Virus record (IMG/VR): IMGVR_UViG_3300036795_000211 | Span: 1 to 64,000 of that record | Direction: 5' to 3' (one strand) | Source: a virus | Length of the DNA stretch: 64,000 nt | Shown: positions 18,712 through 25,997 of the stretch, piece by piece | How positions within the stretch are numbered: position 1 is the first letter of the stretch | Layout of the letters: each line of letters opens with the position of its first letter | The notes under the pieces: model-generated | Database searches by the model: none | What the model was told of the DNA's origin: nothing | Seen by the model: only the letters and a program-made list of their open reading frames with translations | Made by a program: the position numbers and the translations under genes

Positions 18712-20774
18712 GTCGCCTTCCTCGTGATCTTCTTCCCGGGTGCGAACTGTGGAATGGCGGTCCCGTGAAGGAGCCGGGCCAGTGCGATCTTGCGGGCCTC
18801 ACCCTGCGACCATCCACGAGCTTCGAGAGCGGCGGCCAACGTCCGGAGCTGCCCGACCTTCGACACGGTGATACCGAGTCGTTCGGCGAGTGCGGCGTCC
18901 TTGGCTTGCTGCTTCTCGGAGGCGATAGCGTTTGCGCCACGGTTCTTGAACAGCGTCTGCTGCAGCGTCGGATGCTTCGAGGTCGCACCGGACGCCTTGG
19001 CCGCCTTGTTCTCCGCCTTACGTACCGTGCGTCCTGCGGTGCCCTTCGGAGGAACGGCTGCGCCTCGGGCCACGGACATCGACCGCTCATGCCCGATACC
19101 TTGCAGCTTCGCCTTGTCGTAGGCCCGCTTCTGGTGCGGCTTGAGCGCTGCGTACTCGGCCTGGTGATCGGAAATCGATTTGCCGGTTGACGGTGCGGAG
19201 GTCTTACCTTCGGGGGTAGCCGTCCTACTGGTGCGGCGGCGTGACGTCCCGGGTGCCGCTCCCGTTCGTGTCACGCCGCCACTACCGCCCTCGCCCGCCC
19301 GGCGAGTCTTTCGGGATTGTCGTACTGCGCGCTCCGCCTTCAAGCGCTCCGGATGCCCCTGCGGATACTGCGCTCGAGCTGCCGTTCGGGCCTTCAGCAA
19401 GGTTGCGTGCTCCGGAGTCCCAACCGGAGTTGGGGTCGTTGCACCCGGGGTCTTAACGGTTGCCGTGTTTCCACCCGGGGTCTTTGTCGTAGCCGCCGGC
19501 TGCTTCGGCGCATTGACCACTGGCTTCTGCGTGGTCTGCTTCGTTGCGGCCATTCGATCAAGTGCGCCGCCGTGTGACATACCGCTCGCACGCAAGGCCT
19601 TGTACTGGGGGTTACCCTGCAGCTGCGTGAGCGTCATTCCGCCGACTCCGACCGGCTCGGAGGTATCCTCACCCCGCGCTTTCCGATCCAGTAGATCGTT
19701 CGTCTGCAACGTGCTGAGGGTCGACGCACGGTGCTTTCGACTCTCGATACCGTGATTCGACAGCCCACGGCGTTGCGAGATAACGGACTCGTGATCGGCG
19801 GCGTGGTCCTCGATGAGGAGCTGATGCGAACGTCCTTCGTGTCCGTGGGTAATCCCGTGCACGTCCGACAGATGCGCTATCAGCTTGAGTCGATCCTCGT
19901 TTGAACGGGAATGCGCCGGCGTGACCTTCTGACCGGACGGTGCGTACTTTGCGGCGGCTGCTGCCGTGTCCGTGGCGGAGTGCTCAGCGCCGGTCTTCGA
20001 CGGGGTCTTCGTTCCGCCGCCCTTGGTCCCGTGCTGGTAATGCGAGACCATTCCGGCGTGAATCCGAATCGTTTGACCGGACTTCGCACCCTTCGTAACT
20101 GCGACGTTGAGGTGCTCGCCGTCCTTCGAAAGGACCGTACCTTCGTGAACACCCGAGGACTGCGGGAACCGAACCTTGGAGCCGGCAGCGATCTTCGGAA
20201 GGCCGGGACCGCCGTGGTAAATCCAGCCGTGCGAATACCCCTTCGGACCGGTGAACTCGATGGCCTCTCGGCCTCCCGCGTACTCGGCGGGTGCCTTCAC
20301 CGCGCTGGGCGGGTAGCCCTTGTTCGCCGCATAGCGCTTGCACGCGGACATTGCGAACTTCGTGACAGCGTCGCCGGTCTTGCCCTGGTTCTTCGCCATT
20401 GACACGGCACGCTTGTAGACCCGGTCCATCTCACCGGCGACCGGCTGGTCCGACAACTCCCAGACGAATTCGCCTTGGGCTGCGGCGAGCTCCAGCGTTG
20501 CCCGCAAGGCCGACGACATCGCCTTTGCGGTCTGCGTGTTATCCGCCCACGAGCCCTTGACGGTTGACCACGCTCCGAGCTCACGGGCGCGCTTCCGGAT
20601 CAGCCGGCCCAGTGCGGGTCGCTTACCGGGTGCCGCCCTACCGACCGCCTGAATGGCCTTCTTCAGGTACGACCGATTCGGAATCGGATACGAGTCGTCC
20701 GGGAGTGCCTTGCCGGCCTTGGCCAGCTTTCGGCGCCCTGCCGCACGCTCCGGTGCGGGGGTCTTAACGGTCAC
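18708..20774 (-). CDS. mosaic basic head-associated protein (DUF6582-like N-terminus, Tudor/SH3-like segment, repeated helical motifs)
   Basis: ALPDDSYPI...LKKAIQAVGRA...IRKRARELG; ATGA-coupled to the protease gene. Confidence 0.75.
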   Translation of the reverse strand: MTVKTPAPERAAGRRKLAKAGKALPDDSYPIPNRSYLKKAIQAVGRAAPGKRPALGRLIRKRARELGAWSTVKGSWADNTQTAKAMSSALRATLELAAAQGEFVWELSDQPVAGEMDRVYKRAVSMAKNQGKTGDAVTKFAMSACKRYAANKGYPPSAVKAPAEYAGGREAIEFTGPKGYSHGWIYHGGPGLPKIAAGSKVRFPQSSGVHEGTVLSKDGEHLNVAVTKGAKSGQTIRIHAGMVSHYQHGTKGGGTKTPSKTGAEHSATDTAAAAAKYAPSGQKVTPAHSRSNEDRLKLIAHLSDVHGITHGHEGRSHQLLIEDHAADHESVISQRRGLSNHGIESRKHRASTLSTLQTNDLLDRKARGEDTSEPVGVGGMTLTQLQGNPQYKALRASGMSHGGALDRMAATKQTTQKPVVNAPKQPAATTKTPGGNTATVKTPGATTPTPVGTPEHATLLKARTAARAQYPQGHPERLKAERAVRQSRKTRRAGEGGSGGVTRTGAAPGTSRRRTSRTATPEGKTSAPSTGKSISDHQAEYAALKPHQKRAYDKAKLQGIGHERSMSVARGAAVPPKGTAGRTVRKAENKAAKASGATSKHPTLQQTLFKNRGANAIASEKQQAKDAALAERLGITVSKVGQLRTLAAALEARGWSQGEARKIALARLLHGTAIPQFAPGKKITRKAT

Positions 20775-20832
20775 CGATTCACCTCCATTTCGGTTGAGAC
20801 GAAAGCGACCGAGAACCCGGTATGAATCGCTA

Positions 20833-20929
20833 CCCTACTCGGCAGTGACAACCTGGCCCTAACGGTCAATGAGGTGAACCCTAACGGAGTCCACCTTGGA
20901 TATACCCCTAAATGGTGCCCACTAAACCG
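20833..20929 (-). repeat. degenerate direct repeats CCGTTAGGG upstream of the head operon
   Basis: ccctaacgg at 20857 and 20879; variants at 20833, 20906 and 20920. Confidence 0.6.
20902..20928 (-). promoter_or_regulatory. SigF/SigB-type promoter for the capsid operon
   Basis: GGTTT-N16-GGGTAT. Confidence 0.65.
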
Positions 20930-20947
20930 TTTTAACATCGCTGTAGT

Positions 20948-21307
20948 TTACGTGGGGTCAACGACAAACGGTCCGAATTGCGCCGTTACCGTCTTCCCGG
21001 CTGACGTTACGTCAATGCGCCACCAGGTCGACGCTGCAGTAGTCAGATCCGCATGCGGAATGCTAAACAGCGTGATTCCGTTCGCTAGCGGTGCCTGATT
21101 AGCACCGGCGTACGACTTGAACGACGTGTCCGAGTCCAGAACATCTCGTGAAGCCTTACGAATGAACGTACAAGTCTTCCCGGTGAGGTCCAGTGGCTGC
21201 TGCTTTCCGCCGACCAACGGAAGACTCGGATCCGTCAGTGCCGCTTGAATCGTTACGTCGTTGTTCTGACGTACCGAGATCGAGACCGGATCCATTTCGC
21301 CGGACAT
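20948..21307 (-). CDS. BppU N-terminal-like Ig domain protein
   Basis: PLDLTG.T..F...NGITLFSI..ADL...WWRIDV...T..FG.F.V pattern. Confidence 0.65.
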   Translation of the reverse strand: MSGEMDPVSISVRQNNDVTIQAALTDPSLPLVGGKQQPLDLTGKTCTFIRKASRDVLDSDTSFKSYAGANQAPLANGITLFSIPHADLTTAASTWWRIDVTSAGKTVTAQFGPFVVDPT

Positions 21308-23448
21308 TAGTCCTCCACTACTATCGTTACGTCGAACCCTAGCGGCTCGACGGTTCCCCCGTAGGTAACTACGGTAATCGTGACCCCGTAAACTATTGGC
21401 ATTGCCGATCCTTCCACCGTGTCCGGTTGGAGAACTATCGCATACCCGAGAACCACTATACTGGCTGCCAGGGCGTTTGTCGAAATCGTACAGCCAATAT
21501 CCTCCGGCGGGGGAGGTATAATGGGCGCAATTGTCGGACCGGGAAGTTCAGTGGCACGCCGTTTACGCTGGAGCGACCGCCAGAAGCGCTGGGCCAGTCG
21601 CTTGACCACTGCAACCGGAAGGGGCGGCGGCTTCGGAGGTGGCGACGGCACCCACGGAATCGTGATTCGCCTCTTAGGTAGTGACCGCCTCGACGCTCTC
21701 GGCTGTACTACCGGCTCCGGTGCGAACGGGACTAGCTTACTGCTTCGGGCTCTTCGGGTTCGTCCGGCCTGACCCTTCCGGGTAGTCTGCGGGGCGTACG
21801 GCACAACGGTGGCCCGTGGTTGTCCGGGAAGCTGCGGAGGTCGTATACGTCGAAGTAGTACAATCCGCCGCATTCGGTGCGTATCCGGAACGGTCGGGGC
21901 CACCGGTACCGTGACGGGTGGAACCGGGGTCGTAGTTGCATTCGACTTCCTTCGATACCAGCGAGTTCGGATTCGAGTCGGTGCATACGGAGCAAACGCC
22001 GCAACCGAAGGGGTAGTTGTCGGGCCCGGAAGCTGATGAATGTTCGAGCGGCGAATCCGAATTCGCCAAGTACGGTTTCGCGGCTCGTACGGAGCCGGTT
22101 GCGCCGGGGTGACCACTTGCGGAGCCGGAGGTGCCACTACGCTCTGACTTGGCTTGCGATAACGCGTTGTCCGTCTGTTCGGCTGTATCGGAATAGTCGG
22201 CTCCGGACCGAATTGAGCTGGTGCAGCATACCGTGAACGTCGGAACCGGAATACTCGACGATACAACGACAAAGCCGGAAGTGGCTGGAATACGGCTCCG
22301 ATTCCACCGGGTATCTGCTGCACTGCCCCGCGCTGTCGCCTATACCGGGTACGCCGTACGCTAGGGGTCGCGGGAGGCGGAGCCGCACTAGTAGGCAACG
22401 GTGTCGCGTGCAGGATTCGTCGACCGCGAAGGGCCCAGCGTCGCGGTATCGGAACCGGCGGAATCGGCGGTAGGGGAACTATCACCGTCGGAACCAGCGT
22501 ACCGCTCCCGTGCGAGCGCCGATAGCGGAGCTTCGAACGACTCGGCTGCGCAACCGTCTCGATTGCAGCCGGGACCTGTGTCGCACTACCCTTTCGTAGC
22601 CTACGCATAGCTGGCCGGGTAGTTCGACCCAGCTGCGGAGGCGGAAATACGACGACCGGAGGTATCACCGCTGGAACGAACGCAGTAGCGCGTCGAACAG
22701 TTCTTGGTCGGTACGGACGCGATCTTGGCGCGACGGGTACGATACCGGCGGTGACCGCGATCACCTTGGACGGGACCGGAACCGCCCTGCGATAACCTCG
22801 TACCGATCTCCGATTAAGCCGAGGCTGTCCCGGCGGGAGACCAAACGGAACGCGGGCAATGTAAACGCCCGCAAAGCCGTCGGTAAACGTCCCGGTATTC
22901 TTCAACGTCCAGACCAGTCCGAGACCTGATGTGTCCGTTATCGTTGCCGCACTGCTTGCGGCAACTACCAGAGCGACGAGTAGGCTACCCGGCGGCGGCG
23001 TGAACGCTGCTGTCGTAGCCGAGTTCGCATTGGCAGTGGCGAGCGCCGGCGTAGAGCCGTCCAGCGTAATCGTGCCATTCGGCAAGACCTCGAACAGACC
23101 TACGCCGACGTTAAGAAAGGTGTTCGATGCTCCGATCGTTACCGATCCCGGCGTTCCAGTAGCCGAAGTCGCCTTTACAGCGCCGAGCTGGAAGCTGTTC
23201 TGTGCGGCCTGCGCGATAATCGTACTACTTGCCGTAGCAAGCAGCGTGGACGCTGACCCGCCTACGGCACCGTAGACCACCGAGCCGGTTACCGTAGTAG
23301 TGATTGCTTTCGAGTAGGCCGAGCTCGACTGGTTAGTGGTACTCGCTGCCGGCTGCGCCAGGGCCGTATTTCTGAGAACCTCGACCAGGATACTCGTGCC
23401 AGTCGTAATAACCGTGCCGGCTTGCGTGGCTTTAACCGTAAACGCCAC
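21307..23448 (-). CDS. 713-aa protein: beta-rich N-domain plus periodic Arg/Pro repeats
   Basis: Single long ORF, TAATG coupling to the downstream gene, no competing long ORF. Confidence 0.75.
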   Translation of the reverse strand: MAFTVKATQAGTVITTGTSILVEVLRNTALAQPAASTTNQSSSAYSKAITTTVTGSVVYGAVGGSASTLLATASSTIIAQAAQNSFQLGAVKATSATGTPGSVTIGASNTFLNVGVGLFEVLPNGTITLDGSTPALATANANSATTAAFTPPPGSLLVALVVAASSAATITDTSGLGLVWTLKNTGTFTDGFAGVYIARVPFGLPPGQPRLNRRSVRGYRRAVPVPSKVIAVTAGIVPVAPRSRPYRPRTVRRATAFVPAVIPPVVVFPPPQLGRTTRPAMRRLRKGSATQVPAAIETVAQPSRSKLRYRRSHGSGTLVPTVIVPLPPIPPVPIPRRWALRGRRILHATPLPTSAAPPPATPSVRRTRYRRQRGAVQQIPGGIGAVFQPLPALSLYRRVFRFRRSRYAAPAQFGPEPTIPIQPNRRTTRYRKPSQSVVAPPAPQVVTPAQPAPYEPRNRTWRIRIRRSNIHQLPGPTTTPSVAAFAPYAPTRIRTRWYRRKSNATTTPVPPVTVPVAPTVPDTHRMRRIVLLRRIRPPQLPGQPRATVVPYAPQTTRKGQAGRTRRARSSKLVPFAPEPVVQPRASRRSLPKRRITIPWVPSPPPKPPPLPVAVVKRLAQRFWRSLQRKRRATELPGPTIAPIIPPPPEDIGCTISTNALAASIVVLGYAIVLQPDTVEGSAMPIVYGVTITVVTYGGTVEPLGFDVTIVVED

Positions 23449-23472
23449 TGCGCACCCAGCTCTCTCCGAATG

Positions 23473-23505
23473 GGCCGGCGGGTCCGCATACTACCCGCCG
23501 GCCCC
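23473..23505 (-). terminator. GC-rich hairpin (attenuator or terminator)
   Basis: About 12-bp stem gggccggcgggt / acccgccggccc. Confidence 0.55.
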
Positions 23506-23518
23506 GCTCCCGTTCGAC

Positions 23519-24034
23519 CTACTCGTCGGTCTCCACCGTGACCACGAACAGATGCGAGGCCGGGAGTGCGTTACCGATGTTGACCAGGGCCAGTCCGTTC
23601 GCCGTTCCCTGGTCCACGATGAACATGTCGTCCGGGAATTCGAACGGCACGTCCCAGCCGACCTGCGTGTTGAACGTCAGCTTGTGCAGTGCGGTTGCGC
23701 CGATCGTCGGACCGGTCGTACCTGCGGTCGTTGCCGTGGTTACGTCCAGCCCGGTGATCACCGAAGCCGGTCCGCGCTGATCCGTGTTCTGGAACGTGGT
23801 CGTACCGAATCCGGTACCGACCACTCGAACCGTCTGACGGTACAGCGCGATCGTGTGCTGGTCCGAGGTGACGGAACCCGCCGGTCCCCGAACGCCGAGG
23901 ATCAGCCGGCGCAGCTTGACGTTCGATGATGCCCCCGCGACAATCGCCGCGAAGTACCCGTTGAACGTGGTCGTTGCCGGCGTCCCAGCGAGCTGTGCGG
24001 ACTGCGATTCGAGCGACGCTACGAAGCGACCCAT
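23519..24034 (-). CDS. Thr/Ala-rich beta-sandwich structural protein
   Basis: High GC3 as in abundant virion proteins; followed by a hairpin. Confidence 0.75.
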   Translation of the reverse strand: MGRFVASLESQSAQLAGTPATTTFNGYFAAIVAGASSNVKLRRLILGVRGPAGSVTSDQHTIALYRQTVRVVGTGFGTTTFQNTDQRGPASVITGLDVTTATTAGTTGPTIGATALHKLTFNTQVGWDVPFEFPDDMFIVDQGTANGLALVNIGNALPASHLFVVTVETDE

Positions 24035-24315
24035 TACTCGCTACCTCCCTTCCGGATCGCGAGAGCGGCCTGGAGCCGTTCCCGATTATCGCTGCCCACG
24101 ACCTGCTCGCCGGAGTCGTGGAGCTCGAGGAGTCGGGCGGCGTGGTCGGCCTCCCGCATCTCCTCATCGGAGAGCTGGTCGATAAGGCTCTCGAGCGTCT
24201 TCACGTGCGACTCAATCTGCTCGAGTCGCGTTCGCAAGGCCGGTCGCGTGTACTTCGCACGCAGAGTCTCAACGAGTCCGTCGAGTACGCTGCGGTCCGA
24301 CGTTTCGTCCGCCAC
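24034..24315 (-). CDS. small helical hypothetical protein
   Basis: GTG start after purine-rich SD; TAATG coupling. Confidence 0.65.
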   Translation of the reverse strand: MADETSDRSVLDGLVETLRAKYTRPALRTRLEQIESHVKTLESLIDQLSDEEMREADHAARLLELHDSGEQVVGSDNRERLQAALAIRKGGSE

Positions 24316-24435
24316 TTCCCTTTCCCTTCTTCGGTTCGGGTTCGGTGTAGATAATCGGAACACCGTCAGCGTTCAACGTGATAACGGTATCCCCCGGCTC
24401 GGGTACTTCATCTTCCGGAGGCGGATCCTGCTTGG

Positions 24436-25059
24436 TCATACTGCCACCGCCCTAGTGTGTCGTTTGTCCCAGTGGCCCTTCCGTTGTTGCGCCTGCCGGA
24501 AGTCCTTTTGCGTATACGTATACGACCCGATGTGTCGCATCGTCTTGACGCGCTTCGAGGTGAACTGCTCGTTCACGTATACGTGCACTTCGCCGGTGAC
24601 CTGATCGACCACCTGCACCACGATCAACGGCATCCAGCCGTTCTTTGCGGTCTCCGCCTTCTTACGGAGCTGCTCTTCGGTCTTCATCGCGATTCGCTGG
24701 TTCTTGGCGTGGACGTTTAGCGTCTTCAGCTCTCCGCCGTACTTGTGGTCGAGTCGGAAGTCGAGTGGCGTATTTCGTGCCGTTGTCTGCCCCGCCTTAC
24801 GAACCCCGGCTCCGGAGATCTCGATATACGGATGCCCGAAGTGCTTCTCGAGCAGGGCCTTACCCTTTGCTGCGAACAACGCTTCGAACGTATCACCGAT
24901 CTCGGTCTTGCCCATCGCCGCACCAGTAGACGGATGCGTAAAACGAGAGGCCGTCTGACCTGGATCGCTAGCAAGCGACCCGACACCCTTCTTCGTAAAC
25001 TCACCGCCGCCGTGGTGATGCCCCGGAATGCGTGGGTGCAGATCCTCTTCCCACGTCAC
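24436..25059 (-). CDS. HPR...GGEF-tagged putative PD-(D/E)xK nuclease
   Basis: N-terminal WEEDLHPR...GGGEF; E...PLDF...GGELKT nuclease-like motif. Confidence 0.6.
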   Translation of the reverse strand: MTWEEDLHPRIPGHHHGGGEFTKKGVGSLASDPGQTASRFTHPSTGAAMGKTEIGDTFEALFAAKGKALLEKHFGHPYIEISGAGVRKAGQTTARNTPLDFRLDHKYGGELKTLNVHAKNQRIAMKTEEQLRKKAETAKNGWMPLIVVQVVDQVTGEVHVYVNEQFTSKRVKTMRHIGSYTYTQKDFRQAQQRKGHWDKRHTRAVAV

Positions 25060-25997
25060 AACGCACGCGCCCGAAGAACCAAAGCGGATGCCCTGCCCCT
25101 GAGTTGCCGAACCTGCACTTGTAGCTGCCCGATCTGGTTCCTCAAGCTATTCGCCTTAGTTGTTGCGGCACTTGACGCTGTTGAGGTGGCCTTTTTTGCC
25201 GTTGTCTTTCCGGCCTTCTTGGCCACAGTGGTGGCTGAGGCCTTAGCCTTCGTAGCAGTCTTTCCCTTGGTCGTCGTCCCGGTTGCTTTCGACCCGCCGG
25301 TCTTGGTCGACTTTCCGGAGTTCGTAACCCCCTTGAGCTCCTTCTGCAAGCCGCCGATCTTTACCTCGAGTGCGTTAGCCTGCTGCCGAAAGCCTTTCGC
25401 CCTCGTTAGCAACTGCGCCTTCTTGGCGCCCTTCGGACCGCGGGAGACCGGAGCCGTCTTTTGCCCCGGAGCCTTTTTCGCAGCAGGTGCCTTTGCCGCT
25501 GACGCACCGCCGCTGCTTCCGGACTTTGGTGCGAACTGCCCGCCGGTAGCGCTACCGGCTCCGACGTGCATCGTGTTGAACAGCTCGATCGGTTGCGCCA
25601 AAACGTCGTCTCGTGACATAGCCTTCGCTCTCGCCGCGGTTGCCTTGAGTTCGGCGATAGCCGCTGCAGCCGCCGCCTTTACTTCGGGATGCTTGCTCGT
25701 TGCCGCAAGTCGCTTGCACGCGTTGATCGCGGTGGCCGTTGCTCGACCCTCCGCCATACCGCCACGCATCAACGCGTTACGCATGTTCTCGATGTAGTTA
25801 GGTAGCTTCGCACCCTTCATGTGGTACAAGCCGGGTCCGCCGGGCTTGCCGCGTGGCGCGGGGGTAGCCACGAGTCGAGGCGTTTCCGCCGACAACGAGA
25901 TACCCTTGTGCTTCCGAATAAGCCGCATTAGCAGCTGCGTATGGGCATCCGGCTTCGGATCATGCGCATACGAGGAGTCACTGAGTTGCGTTGTCAC
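25056..25997 (-). CDS. Lys/Ala-rich head-associated protein
   Basis: PAP.GKPGGPGLYH..LP.YIE..R.AL.R domain; internal FNTMH..GGQF; H1-like tail. Confidence 0.7.
   Translation of the reverse strand: MTTQLSDSSYAHDPKPDAHTQLLMRLIRKHKGISLSAETPRLVATPAPRGKPGGPGLYHMKGAKLPNYIENMRNALMRGGMAEGRATATAINACKRLAATSKHPEVKAAAAAAIAELKATAARAKAMSRDDVLAQPIELFNTMHVGAGSATGGQFAPKSGSSGGASAAKAPAAKKAPGQKTAPVSRGPKGAKKAQLLTRAKGFRQQANALEVKIGGLQKELKGVTNSGKSTKTGGSKATGTTTKGKTATKAKASATTVAKKAGKTTAKKATSTASSAATTKANSLRNQIGQLQVQVRQLRGRASALVLRARAL

Noticed and set aside
20833-20929. TTAGGG read as a eukaryotic telomere repeat
   Set aside because: Copies are dispersed, not tandem, and internal to a promoter region.
21815-21860. RRIRPPQLPGQPR resembling the antimicrobial peptide Bac7
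   Set aside because: Expected by chance in an Arg/Pro-rich region; kept only as one hypothesis for the repeats.
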